Assembly (NCBI GenBank): GCA_964016885.1
Contig: OZ024744.1
Coordinates: 84,878,001 to 84,942,000, forward strand
Direction: 5' to 3'
Origin: Eledone cirrhosa
Lineage: Eukaryota
Length of the DNA: 64,000 nt
Within the stretch, counting starts at the first letter, position 1, and each line of letters opens with the position of its first letter. Position numbers and translations under genes: made by a program. The notes beneath the pieces were generated by a model, which was given only the letters and a program-made list of their open reading frames with translations, had not been told where the DNA came from and did not search any database. Below are positions 13,264 to 26,411 of this stretch, piece after piece.

Positions 13264-15614
13264 AAGGCGGGTAAAATTCCCGAGATACATGGACGAGTTC
13301 TCTCCAGCGGTCTCTGTCCCTCATTATCGCTGCCATATCCTGCATCTCCAACAGACCAGTGTCTGTCCTTAGGGCATCAACATATGTTAACCTTGGTCTT
13401 CCTCTTCTAGTGTGTCCATGTAGGGGCTCCCAAAGGAGCACTGAGTGCAATGTCAACTCTGGATGTCGGTGAGCATGTCCAGCCAACCTCAATCTCCTCT
13501 GTGTCACTTTTGAGCTGACTTTTGGGATGCTCCCATACAGCTCTGAGTTTTTCATCCTCAGTGTATACTGATTAATGTTCAGAGCCATCCTCAGCATTCT
13601 CGTGTAGCACCCATCCACCATCTGAGTGAGTCTCTTGGTCAGTGTCCAAGTCTCAGACCCATACAGCAGCACAGACTCCACTACAGCAATGAAGAGACAA
13701 ATATAAAGAATGCGGTTTTGTCCTGCAGAAGAGCCATCAAAATGGGCACTTTGAATGTGAGGACTATTCGAACGCTGGAGAAGAGAGAGGAGTTGGGACA
13801 TCTGTTCGAGGAGAGTGGTATACAGATACTTGCGATCCAAGAACACAGGATTCTACACGATGAGCCCGTGAGGAGTGTGATGATCGGGAGGAAGAGCCAG
13901 CTCATCACTACATCGGCAGTGAAGAACACAACAAATGCTGCAGTAGGAGGAGTGGGTTTTGTGTTCAGTGCAAAAACCAATCTGTTGGTGAGGGAAATAA
14001 TGCCTATCTCCCCACGAGTGTGGAGGGTGACCTTCAATGGAAACCCAAGACTGACAGTCATCTCAGCCTATAGTCCAACCGAGGGGGACAGTGATGTGAA
14101 TGCCGAGGAGTTCCATGAGGAGGTGTGTAGAGCTGTCAACACCACTCAGGCACACAATATCCTGCTTGTTTTGGGGGACTTCAATGCACATCTGAGTAAG
14201 GAGGGCAGTGAAGATCCTTGCTGGTACTTCCATAACAACACCAACCGAAATGGAAGACTACTGAGAGACACCCTGCTGGAGGCGAACTTGATGGCGACCA
14301 ACCTAAGGTTTAGGAAGAATCTGGGGAAGATGTGGACCTACATCTCAGATATGCACCTGTCCAAGTCCCAGATTGATTTCATTCTGGTGAGGAAAAAGTG
14401 GCGGAATAGTGTTCTGAACACGGAACCATACAGCTATTTCAGTACACTGGGTAGTGACCACCGGCTTGTTATGAGTGAGGTCCGCGTGAGCTTAAGAAAG
14501 AGCAAGGCTCAGCCCCGGAGAACAATCTATGACTGGGAAGCTTTCAAGGAAGATGATAAGCTACAGGAGAGGTTCACGGTGGAAGTGAGAAACAGGTTTA
14601 GTGCTCTGTGTGGAGAGTCAGAGGAGAGAGAGATTAGATGGACTGAGGAGAGCGTGACGAGGAGGTACGGGCGCTTCGCCAATGCAGTGGCGAAAGCAAG
14701 TGAAACCCTGGTGCCGAGGAAAAAGAACAAAGGGAAGCACGTCAGCTCTGCAAACCCAAAAGTGTGTGCAGCCAGAGAACACCTGAAAGCTGCCAGGGAC
14801 CAATTCTATGCTGATCCTACGGAGGAGAGGATGGAGACTGTGGAGGTGATGAGGGAAGAGCTCTGTACCGCTTACACTGAGGTCAGAGAGGAGGCACTGA
14901 TAGAGAAGATCAGAAGTGTGGAGAGAGCGGTTGACAGATCTGGATGTAAGGAGAGCTGGATGATCATCAACGAGATCACAGGGAGGAAGAAAAGGTGTTC
15001 GAGTCAGATCCAGGGAACGGGGCCCGAGGATAGGAAGAGGAAATGGCTAAACCATTTTAGGACCCTACTAGGAGAGCCACCCTCCACAGCCCAGAGCAAT
15101 GGGGAGATCAGGCGGCTGTTTGAGGAACTGGATGTTGAGACAGAGCCCTTCACCAGAGAGGAGCTTCAGAGAGCCAAGAAGAAGATCAAGGAGGGCAAGG
15201 CTCATGGAGAAGATGGAGTGGCATCAGAGGTGAAGAGGTGTGATTTTGATGATATTATCCTGGGGTTCTGTAACGGGGCACTGGAGAAAGGAGTTGCCCC
15301 GAATCAGTGGAGGATCAGTAACATCGTCCCAGAGCCAAAGAAGGGAGATATCTCTAACACCAACAACTACCGGGGGATCTCACTGACGTCACTTGTGGCA
15401 AAGACCCTCAACAGGATGATTCTTAACAGAGGGGATCACTAATGTAGGCGGGAAGCCGCTGGAATTGGTTGAGGACTTCCTGTATTTGGGAGCAAAGATT
15501 GGGAATACGGAAGATGATGCGGTTGAGAGGAAGAGCAAGGCCTGGGCGGCGTGTCACAGCTCGAGATCGGTGTGGAAGTCGGACCTTCGTAGAGACCTGA
15601 AGGTCCGCCTCTTC
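13262..15614. mobile_element. RTEX/RTE-like LINE with inverted 5' part and deleted RT core
   Basis: 13718-15430(+) encodes an APE endonuclease (GTLNVR, AIQE, GDFNA, IDFI, SDH) and the RT start (NYRGISL). 15431-15614(+) is post-core RT (FLYLG). 13262-13698(-) carries the C-terminus to the stop codon. Confidence 0.9.
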
Positions 15615-15976
15615 ATATATATATATATAATATATACATATATACATATGTGGGTGTGTGAGTGTGTATGTTTGTGTGTGTGCGTGTATATGCGTGTGCG
15701 TGTATATATACATACATATAATATACATCTTTTTATTCTTTTACTGGGTCAACCATTTTACTGCGGCCATGCTGAGGCAACATGCTAAAGGGAATTTAGG
15801 CGATCATGTCGACCCCAGTACTTTTTTGGTCGAACTGCTAAATTGTGAGATATAACACAGACTCAGATTTAAACGTAAACACATTCTCGGGAAAATACAC
15901 ACACACACACACAAACAGATCGACACACACGCACACGCATACACATACACAAACACAAACATATCGATATAAATAA

Positions 15977-16030
<54 letters not shown>

Positions 16031-16114
16031 ATAGATATATAAATGAAAATAGAGAAATTAATGCAAGCAAGAAGCCGACAGTAATTCAGACATATAAATG
16101 ACTATAACATCAAG

Positions 16115-16145
<31 letters not shown>

Positions 16146-16146
<1 letters not shown>

Positions 16147-16905
16147 CTACTATATAAATTGGAAGTGGTCGGACGTTGTATATGTAGGTGTAGTCGAATA
16201 AACGTCGACATGGCTTGGTGGAATGCACCGAAAATTTACATAGTTATGCAGAATGACCCGAGGAGGCGTTGGGTCGATTTTCAAGCTACAAGCTTCCATG
16301 GTTACGGAGAAAATCGATGAAACAGGAATTTCCCATTCAATTTGAACTGAGAGTAATCTATGAATGCAGAAGTAAATATTTCGAGAAACGTTGCAACCGA
16401 AAGAAAACAGGAAGACGATATTTTGGTTCGTGAAGACGTTCCCTGGCAATGAACGGAAAAAAGGCGAGGATAATACGTCGTTATGTGGAGCGTGAAGAAC
16501 AATTTCATGCAAAGACACGACCAAGTTTATGGTGTAAATGGAGTCGTTAGACTAATATTCTATTTAAAATAACAGAATGATTTCCAGCCCCGGAGTTTAA
16601 GAATGAGGTAAATAAAATTGAAAACGAAAATGCCAGAGGTTATTAAAATAGTAAAAGTAAATAGTGAAGATTTAGGCCAGTACATACGTATGCCCCGACG
16701 GACATACACATACATACGCACACACAAATACATACACCCCCACACACACACACGCGCACGGACGCGCCCGCACGTATGTATAAACCTTATGCCTCTCTAC
16801 AGCATTTTCATCAAACTTAAGACATAGGTTACTTATGTACTCCGGATGGTTATGGGCACTTTCATTTTTCCAGATATTGATTATAGGGCCTCCCGGCAGA
16901 TAACT
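16146..16905 (+). mobile_element. Second copy of the Helitron 5' region
   Basis: Starts TCTACTATATAAATTGG and is collinear with 8184-8962, then diverges. No CTAG end seen. Confidence 0.8.
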
Positions 16906-17496
16906 GTGAATATATATGCATGGGGTAGGTGTGTCTACACATGTATGCGTACATATGTGTATGCATGTGTCTGTGCCTGCGCGTGTGTGTGTATATGTCT
17001 GAGTGTGTATATGTGGGTACATACTCTGGAGTGTAAACAGACGTGTGAGATATCGAACCCAGCATGGCTCCATTGAAGTGTGTCGGACCGAAAATGGCTG
17101 ATGACCCGTGTAGCAGTAAATAGTGACCAGAACTTAAGATGACGTAGAATAGCAACAGCCAATGGCATGACAAGAGTGGAAGATGGTTTTTGACGGTGGT
17201 TTTGACGATAACACCCCAGTGAGAAAATTTGCTCCGAAGGAACCTGCAGCCGTAGAATCAGCCAGATCCATACAGTGATCATGTCTCGAGTTACCTGCCG
17301 GCGAAACAATTGTAACACGCAATAAACTGAGTCCAGATGCATCACTGATTTTTCGTTTTTTTATACTATCCACACTCTGCTCTGTATGAATATTGAGTGC
17401 TAATTTTGGCATACCACCTATGGAAGCACCATAGCTACCATTATACAAACGTATATATATATATACACAGTATATATATATATATATATATACACA

Positions 17497-17530
<34 letters not shown>

Positions 17531-17566
17531 ATTTATCGTACTGCCTCTCTGTTCTGTCCCTACACA

Positions 17567-17718
<152 letters not shown>

Positions 17719-18030
17719 ATTTATATATATATAAACATTTATCGTACTGCCTCTCTGTTCTGTCCCTGTTCAATTTTTCATTATATATATATATATATAC
17801 ATATACGGAAATAGGGTACCAGTGGGAAAATATGTGTGTGTATGAGTGTTATAGGGGACAGGGTTATCAGTTTCTGAGATTATTTTGAATAAAAATGTTT
17901 GGTTTGGCACCAGGATGAGAAAAATGTTGGAAAACATACCAAGAAATATGTAGCGGAAATTATTAAAAAAATGTGTCCTTATAAGTTATTAGAAGTTAAG
18001 TGGGTTAGGGGAGTGGTTAAGTGAGATGTA

Positions 18031-18071
<41 letters not shown>

Positions 18072-18324
18072 GTGTGTGTGTGTGTGTATGTATGTTTGTA
18101 TGTGTGTGTTAGGCAACTGTCAAAGAATATTACATATTTAACGGTGTAGCCAATATGAATGGTGTTGAACGTTAATTATTGTAGCATGCCATTAATTAAG
18201 TAGAATGGTGCAATAAAAGGCATATGTATCATAAGTAGCAGTTTAAGTAGAAATTACTATAGATGGCTCAGAGATAATTTATTAAAATATATGTAATTAG
18301 GCTTTAAGTATCAGTATATATGAG

Positions 18325-18592
18325 CAAGGGCCTTGTTTCAGGGGGGTAGCAGGAAACAACACTTTTTCAAACGTCTATATTTTATTTTTTGTTTATTTGA
18401 TATAATAAATTCTTTTTAAGCTTATTTTTTTTTCATATCTGAACTTCATTTGAATATATAAAATTTAATTAGTCTAAAATTTTAATTATGTGATAGGGTC
18501 CGGGAAAGGCACCATAAGTAATTTATGCTCCTTAAAGAATCAACAAATGTTGGTTTGTACCCCTCACATGTTTAAGGCAAACGAGGCCCCTG
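18325..18592. mobile_element. hAT-type MITE
   Basis: TIRs caagggccttgttt / aaacgaggcccctg. 8-bp TSD TATATGAG at 18317-18324 and 18593-18600. Confidence 0.8.
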
Positions 18593-18619
18593 TATATGAG
18601 GAACATTTTAAATATAAAC

Positions 18620-19736
18620 CGTTAGTAAAGTCTTATATAAACATTTCCATCACAATATAAATATTTACTATACAGTCAGACCACAAAAATACTCCTTGAT
18701 TACAAATACTTATAATATTGGTTTCTTACATAGGCACAAAGCCAGCAACTCTATGCTGCAAAGCATGCCGTCCAACCCTCTAACGATGCTGCCAATCCGT
18801 TGCTCTCTTATGATATTAAAACTTAAATGAATATTCTTACAATATCGGTGGCTACAGTTGTATAAACTAACAAAGTTTCTCTCCTCATCTGAAGAAATGA
18901 CTCTTTCCGCTAGATGGCATTCACTCCACAACAACGTAGCTAATGTGTTTTTGTGGTCACTCTGTATTTGAAATTTCGTATACCACTCTACAAAACGTCG
19001 TGCAAAATGTGGTCGATTCTTATCAATCTAAACTAAACTCGACCACGCCAAACTGTAATGTTATAAGTTACTACTGTACTAATTTTAATAAATGCCCATT
19101 AGATAGTAAATGTAAATTTAAAGACATTGGTTGTCAATCTATCACGAAAAAAAAAAAAAAAAGAAAATGTTATATTGAGAAGAAAGAATGGAATGTAAAA
19201 TAAGAAAATATATATAACACAAGGAAAAATAAGGAAATGTCAAAAGCTCTAGTCACAGAAAAATTGTAGGGGGAAGGGGGTGATGGCTCTAAGCGTAGGG
19301 CACGGTTGTGTTGGCGGCTGGGTCCTACAGACAAAACCGCAAAAGCATTCCCCCGGACATTGGCTAGCGACACCCGCTGCAACAGTCCCCCAGCCTCGCG
19401 GGGCTCCCTCCTCGGACGGGCTACTGACGTTCCGATCTTGCGGAGGAGCTTGGTACCTGTGTAATAAATAATTAAGCCTTATTGCGAATCCCTTCAAGTG
19501 GAGACTTCTAGTGTCATTGGTCCTAGGACCACCTCCCTACTCACTACCATCGGCACGGTGTTGGCTATCCGTATGTGTGAGCCTCACGAGTTGGTATGGC
19601 TCTTCCAACGCGTATCCATCACCATCTTCCAGAGAAACGCCTTCTTTATTCTGTCCACCGGGGCCGCAGGGCGGCCAGCGCGTGAGCCTCATTTGTATAT
19701 ATTAGTGAAAGATGGAGAGAGGGGGATTGAGAGAGG

Positions 19737-19808
<72 letters not shown>

Positions 19809-20400
19809 CAATGGATGAAAAAGGGTTAATTATACTTGATCAAACAATTTTATAATGGCAGTCTGTGGTTTATATGGTATTATATCAGACAGCAATGGTA
19901 TCTATCAGAAAGCAGGATTAATAATTATAGATGACCTTATGTACCATCATCAACTCATCTACAACCATCCACCCACCACTAAATAAATAAATAAATAAAT
20001 ACTATTATATCATTCGTACAACTTTCATATTCAGAATAAAATGCAAGTAAACGCCATTTTCGAACATCGTTTGTAATCTAACATCAAAGAACTCTAACTA
20101 CAACCTAAAACGGAAGAGAATCTATTTCACGAAGTCTTACACTAACAGCAAAAAAGCATGTCAACAATGTAGGATGGTGAGTTCTGAAATCTTTGCTAAA
20201 ATATTTCTACCTAAACACTAATCAAAACCTACGGGAGAACATGTAAATCACTTAAACATTTCAAACTTGTAATTCTACCCCTAACAGGTGGGAAATGCAA
20301 TATATCATACTATACATTGTAAAGTTACCACCCAGAAGTGCCAAATAACCATCCTCATACAAATCATTATGACATATCATATATACATGTATTCACTGCC
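18620..20400 (+). pseudogene. Highly decayed Naiad-like PLE relics, interrupted by SINE and CRE-like pieces
   Basis: YCTNFNKCPLDSKCK at ~19070-19115 resembles the CxC..CPLxxxC linker. A similar remnant lies near 20270-20330. Confidence 0.4.
19290..19680 (+). pseudogene. CRE-like non-LTR element C-terminal relic
   Basis: SDGLLTF, IPFKVETSSVIGP and WLFQRVSITIFQRNA, followed by (GA)n. Confidence 0.6.
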
Positions 20401-20664
20401 TAGAACTGCTTATTACTAATTATAAACTAAAACATATTTCTTTTTTTTTAACAAATTACGAATTTACTCAATTTTTTGTACTGATACACCTGTTCTTCGG
20501 CTACTTACCTGATTGAGTATTGTAAAAATGAAAGTGAAACGAAAAACGAAAACATCCGCTAATATATATTTATTAGCCATGATACTAAGATGACTTTTGA
20601 ATTAAGTTAACCTCAATATAACCCCATCGATTTTTAATTATTCCTCTTCAGTATTGTTTTAGTA

Positions 20665-20870
20665 TTGATTTCTAAGACAGCAAATTTTGGGCGAAGGGCA
20701 AAGTTGATTAATCTACCAGTACTTGACTGATACTTTATTTTATCGATTCCAGAAGGATGAAAAATAAAGTTGGCCTCGGCGGGATTTGAAATCAGAATGT
20801 AAAAGGCCAGAACAAACACCACAATCGTATTTCATCCGATACTCTACTAATTCTGCCAATCCACCACTTT
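20665..20870 (-). mobile_element. Diverged SINE (Nin/Deu-core type)
   Basis: tactttattttatcgattccagaaggatgaaa...ggcctcggcgggatttgaa...ttctgccaatccaccac. Confidence 0.75.
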
Positions 20871-21189
20871 CAGTATTCTATCAATATTAACATTCTTTTC
20901 TAAATCAGTTCTTCCATGTTTGCACCGGTAAAGCGAGGACTGAAGCTTAATGCGGTTGCGTATGGCGCTAAGAGATTATTGATACAAATTCCCTCCTCGA
21001 TGGGTTGACCAATCCACTGCTGGTGTTTCTTTTCAGCCGAATGAACTAAGTCAACACGAAATGAAGGGTTTTGCAAAATGACACAATGTAGCACTCGAAA
21101 CCAAGACCTTATGATCGGGAATCTAACATATAATTCGCGTCTTCACTTATGTTTTTAGCAACAACATATATCTTGATTCTAATAATTAC

Positions 21190-21460
21190 TCACTTTCATT
21201 CCTGGCTGCGCGCTCTGTCCTTGGGCAAGACACTTTATTTCATGTTGCTCCAGTTCACTCATCTAGCAAAAATTAAATGTACCTGTAATTCGAAGAGCCA
21301 GACTTGTCACATGCTGTGTCACGCTTAATCTCCTTGAGAACTACGTTAAAGGTACGCGTGTTTGTGGAATGCTCAGCCACTTTCACGTTAATTTTACGAG
21401 CAGGCTCTTCCGTAGATCGTATCAACAGGAACACTCGTCGTCGTAACAAACGGAGTGCCA
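21190..21460 (+). mobile_element. CORE-type SINE
   Basis: gtccttgggcaagacactttatttcatgttgctccagttcactca is a CORE-like domain. Confidence 0.7.
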
Positions 21461-21599
21461 CTCACCTTCATCATACATATGACCAAATCAGTAAACTTTG
21501 CTTCTGCAGATATTCACTATCATATATCCTCCATCCTGATATATGAGCTATCTTCTTTATGAACATATGTTTGGATTATGCATATATAATTTCTACCAT

Positions 21600-21630
<31 letters not shown>

Positions 21631-21745
21631 CCATAAATTTATTTTATATATTTTCTTCCTCTCTTCCAAATATTACCCTTTGTACAATAAAATAAAAACA
21701 AAAAATATGTGTATATGTGTGTATGTATGTGTATATGTATATATG

Positions 21746-22190
21746 ACTCTTAAGAATCAATAGCCATCCAAAATCACCGGGAGAGATGACCACTTAGCCT
21801 TTGTCAAGGCAGAATTCTAGGAGAAGGAAAACTCTGATATAACACCTGCAACCCTGATGGTATCCAATGATGTTGACTTGTTCTTCTTTTTGGTAAATAT
21901 CATCTTGGTTAAGAGAGTGGGACTGGCTTTGTGCAGTGCCTTTGCTCACTATAAAAGCTTCACGGCACAGGCATTGCTTTATATCTGGAGATCTCTCTGC
22001 ACTTGTCGTCACATGGTACCATGGGCCCAGCACTATGTGTCAATCATTGTCACAAGTGTAGTGTTTGTACCAGAGTTTTCAAGTCGCTGGCTGGACTAAA
22101 AAGTCACACTCGTTCAGCGCATCGGTAGGGGTTCTCCTACATGGATATAAAGTAGTGGCCGTACTCGAAAACGAGTTGGCAGCCACCATG
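21746..22190 (+). mobile_element. Non-autonomous bipartite RTE derivative (5' UTR plus 3' zinc-finger end)
   Basis: RTE-5'UTR-like ctaggagaaggaaaactctgat. The 3' part encodes CSVCTRVFKSLAGLKSHTRSAHR*. Tail tggccgtactcgaaaacgag..gcagccaccatg(tatg)n. Near-identical to 28351-28793. Confidence 0.8.
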
Positions 22191-22669
22191 TATATATGTG
22201 TATATGTGTGTATGTGTGTGTATGTGTATGGTTCCCTAGTGTGTATCTAAGTGTATATATGTGTATGTGTGCATATGTATATATGTATGTGTATGTATGT
22301 GTATGTATGTGTGTGTACGTGTATGTATGTATATATGTGTGTATATATGTGTGTATATATGTGTATGTATATATGTATGTATGTATATATGTGTATATGA
22401 ACATATGTTTGGATTATGCATATATAATTTCTACCATTTAAAAAAAAAAAAAAATAAAACAAATTTATTTTATATATTTTCTTCCTCTCTTCCAAATATT
22501 ACCCTTTGTACAATAAAATAAAAACAAAAAATAACTACGATAATTCCCCAGTTCATGTTTTATCTAAGTAATCAATCCTAAGATAGCTAATCCTTCAATT
22601 ATAACTAGAAAGTCAAACTAATATCTACATTACACTTTCCTGAAAATGAGTACTAACATTACTGATGGT

Positions 22670-23772
22670 TTGGGTGGGACTACCCTGCGATGGACTGGCG
22701 TTTTGGCCAGTGGGTAGTTTTGGTGGGATTACCTTGCGATGGACTGGCGTCTTGGTCAGTGGGTAGTTTTGGTGGGATTACCCTGCGATGGACTGGCGTC
22801 TTGGGCAGTGGGTAGTTTTGGTGGGATTACCCTGCGATGGACTGGCGTATTGGGCAGTGGGTAGTTTTGGTGGGATTATCCTGCGATGGACTGGCGTCTT
22901 GGGCAGTGGGTAGTTTTGGTGGGATTACCCTGCGATGGACTGGCGCCTTGGGCAGTGGGTAGTTTTGGTGGGATTACCCTGCGATGGACTGGCGTCTTGG
23001 CCAGTGGGTAGTTTTGGTGGGATTACCCTGCGATGGACTGGCGTCTTGGCCAGTGGGTAGTTTTGGTGGGATTACCCTGCAATGGACTGGCGTCTTGGGC
23101 AGTGGGTAGTTTTAGTGGGATTACTCTGCGATGGACTGGCGTCTTGGCCAGTGGGTAGTTTTGGTGGGATTACCCTGCGATGGACTGGCGTCTTGGCCAG
23201 TGGGTAGTTTTGGTGGGATTACCCTGCGATGGACTGGCGTCTTGCCCAGTGGGTAGTTTTGGTGGGATTACCCTGCGATGGACTGGCGTCTTGGGCAGTG
23301 GGTAGTTTTGGTGGGATTACCCTGCGATGGACTGGCGTCTTGGGTAGTGGGTAATTTTGGTGGGATTACCCTGCGATGGACTGGCGTCTTGGCCAGTGGG
23401 TAATTTTGGTGGGATTACCCTGCGATGGACTGGCGTCTTGCCCAGTGGGTAGTTTTGGTGGGATTACCCTGCGATGGACTGGCGTCTTGGGTAGTGGGTA
23501 GTTTTGGTGGGATTACTCTGTGATGGACTGGCGTCTTGGCCAGTGGGTAGTTTTGGTGGGATTACCCTGCGATGGACTGGCGTCTTAGGCAGTGGGTAGT
23601 TTTGGTGGGATTACCCTGCGATGGACTGGCGTCTTGGCCAGTGGGTAGTTTTGGTGGGATTACCCTGCGATGGACTGGCGTCTTGGCCAGTGGGTAGTTT
23701 TGGTGGGATTACCCTGCGATGGACTGGCGTCTTGGGCAGTGGGTAGTTTTGGTGGGATTACCCTGCGATGGA
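22670..23772. repeat. 49-bp minisatellite, about 22 copies
   Basis: Unit gggtagttttggtgggattaccctgcgatggactggcgtcttgggcagt. taccctgcg recurs at 22681 and 23759, which is 22x49 apart. Confidence 0.97.
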
Positions 23773-23927
23773 TGGGATTATCCGCCGATAAAATAAAGTA
23801 CCAGTAATGCACTGGGTAATTGCTGGCCAAAAGTAGAAACAATTATGTAGACAGAAACTGTTTGGAAATCTATCTGATCGACTACACCTGTACCCGTACC
23901 CAAATTTCAAAGGGCCAGCCAGCCATG

Positions 23928-23967
<40 letters not shown>

Positions 23968-24196
23968 CGTGTTACTATGAATGACATTAGGTATACATGT
24001 CTCAGGAATGTTCCGCCACTAACACCCCTTAATTTAATTATTTCTACTTTTGGCGTCCGACCCTATACCGATAATGAGCAGGTTGTTCCGTTGATCGAAC
24101 GGCTGGGACAACTGTCGGCGAAACCGACGGAGGTCCATTTCCTTCTATATTAGATAAGATAACCATCATAACATCTCTCGTATGCCGACACATATA

Positions 24197-24275
24197 CAGG
24201 GTATCCCAAAAAATGTATACACACTTTAACAGCATTCTAATCAAAGTGTGTATACATTTTTGGGGGGACACCCTG
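24197..24275. mobile_element. 79-bp Tc1/mariner-type MITE
   Basis: TA|CAGGGTATCCCAAAAAATGTATACACACTTT...AAAGTGTGTATACATTTTTGGGGGGACACCCTG|TA. Confidence 0.85.
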
Positions 24276-24324
24276 TATATTTCACAGTTCTTTCATGTCA
24301 GTGTTCTATTTGCTGCTGTTAGTA

Positions 24325-25075
24325 GAAATGGCTTTAAAATGCTCAACAATGTATGGAGATCTCAACAATATAGCATAAATACCAAAGGGAGAATATATCA
24401 GAGCTGTATTCTTTCCATCCTTATGTGTATTGGAGAATGACCGAGAATGGCCTGACGAAACTATCAGTCTTCCACAGAAAGAATCTTAGAAGAATCCTTA
24501 GAATTTTGTTGGGGCCTGAAAAGATCTCCAATGAGGAATTGCTAAGTAGGTGCCAACAGGAGAATATATCATCTGACCTGTAGGACGATACATTATTGTG
24601 ACATAATATCTGGTCTTATAGGACGATACATCATTGTGTCATAATATCTGGCCTATAGGACGATACATTATTGTGACATAATATCTGGCCTATAGGACGA
24701 TACATCATTGTGACATAACATCTGGCCTATAGGACGATACATCATTGTGACATAATATCTAGCCTATAGGACGATACATCCTTGTAACATAACATCTGAC
24801 CTGTAGGACGACTAACTATTGTGTCCCAACATCTGATCAGCAATCCTTCTCAGAAGAAGATGGAAGTCGATAGGGCATGTTCTCTGAAGAGAGCAAGAAA
24901 GCATCTCAAGAACAACCCTTCACTGGACACCAGACAGCAAGCGAAAACGACGAACGCTAAAGAACACCTGGTGCAGAACAGTTGAAGAGAGATGAAGATC
25001 CGGCAACACACATGGACTACCACCCAGAAGCTGGCCCAAAGCAGACAGGACCTTCATTGGGCATTACGGGCAGTA
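24325..25075 (+). pseudogene. Decayed RTE-type LINE 3' end
   Basis: FKMLNNVWRS..TKGRIYQSCILSIL..LRRILRI..ISNEELL, then after the repeat RRRWKSIGHVL..LHWTP. Confidence 0.75.
24571..24837. repeat. 37-bp minisatellite, about 7 copies, inside the RTE relic
   Basis: Unit atctggcctataggacgatacatcattgtgacataat. Confidence 0.95.
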
Positions 25076-25356
25076 GCTTGACATGTTGCCGTTACTTTGA
25101 TATATCAATCATATTAAACAACAATAGCATTTCCTTATAATTTCTAGAACTTTCGCTGAAATAGCTCCATTAGTTTCGATTCCGGATACTACTTATATTA
25201 TGTTTCTTTCATTATTCCTTTTCTGTTTGTTATTTAAATTTATGATAATTTATGATAATTTCTAAATAAATACACATAAGATTTCTCCTGTTTACTTCAC
25301 AACAATCGCTGATACAGAGTTCAAAAGTAACATCTATTTATATATCTATCTATCTA

Positions 25357-26338
25357 GCAGAGACCGAGGAAAATGGGCGACTGGCACATCGAATGTGCTC
25401 AGGCGCTCACAGCCCTCTGGCAGGCGGACCCGGCGATCAGTGGAGACTCCACTTCGTCATTCTATAGAGGGTTGGTCCGCAGCAAGTGCGACGACGCGCT
25501 CGGTGAAACTCTAGGCGTGGAGGAAGATGAACTGGCCAGTCTGTTCGGTAGGACCTTCCGCCCGGGACCGATGGACAACTTCCAAAAGTCCCTGGCCTGG
25601 CAGTGCTACCGAGGAGCTCTACAAGTTCGAGACAAGCTCTACAGACATGGGCGCCCGGGCAGGGACCCTGCAAAAAAGATCTGTCCGAGGTGCGTGCGAG
25701 ACGAAGAAACCGTCGCGCACGCATTCATACACTGCCCGGGCGTCACTGACCTGTGGGGATATGTAGAACGACTATTGTCGCGGGTGGGACCAATCCAGTT
25801 GACCACCGAGTCCATTGTCATGATCAAACCGCCACCCTCCTTCAAAAACGAAGGAGAGGCGGTTTTCCTTTGTGTGATAGCTATGGCGAAAGAGGTTGTA
25901 TGGTGGACAAGGTTGAAAGGGCTGAGGTCAGACACCTTTCTCTCCGGCCAACAACTGATTCTTTTTTTCAAATACCACTTTGGAAGAAGAATCAGGATGG
26001 AGAGAGAGGTGCTGTACCCCAGCAAGTTTTATGAAAGGTGGGTGAAAGTGGTGAGAATGGCCCGAGTGAATGGGCCTTCTCTCTATATCAGCCTGTAGAT
26101 TGAGGAAAAGGAGGAGGAGAGGAAAGGAGTACAAGCTCTTCGTACTCCTGGAGATGAGGGTTGCACATTTTTTTCGGGGGTATGTGTTACCCATATAAAC
26201 TGTCTCCCTCTATTGGGGAAAATCGACTAACTTTTAAATTCCATCTGTGATAACATTTTACACGTTTTTATTGTATGTAAACTTCCCCCTTTGTATTTGT
26301 CCCCTTCTTTTGTGCCCCTGTGGCTAATAAAGAAATAT
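25357..26338 (+). mobile_element. 5'-truncated Tx1-like LINE (ORF2 C-terminus with CCHC, plus 3' UTR)
   Basis: ORF 25373..26098 has CPRCVRDEETVAHAFIHC and is homologous to 58830-58995. Ends ggctaataaagaaat, with TATC flanks. Confidence 0.85.
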
Positions 26339-26368
26339 ATCAATTTATCTATCTAAATATGTATGTCC

Positions 26369-26399
<31 letters not shown>

Positions 26400-26411
26400 T
26401 GTATGTATGTA

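Noticed and set aside
18888-18900. ctgaagaaatga as a hammerhead core; likewise 8991 and 48882
   Set aside because: No stem II, GAAA or stem I arrangement. 18888 is a PLE coding relic (SSSEE).
22670-23772. CRISPR-like array
   Set aside because: Units are contiguous with no unique spacers, there are no cas genes, and the context is eukaryotic. The same applies to 24571-24837.
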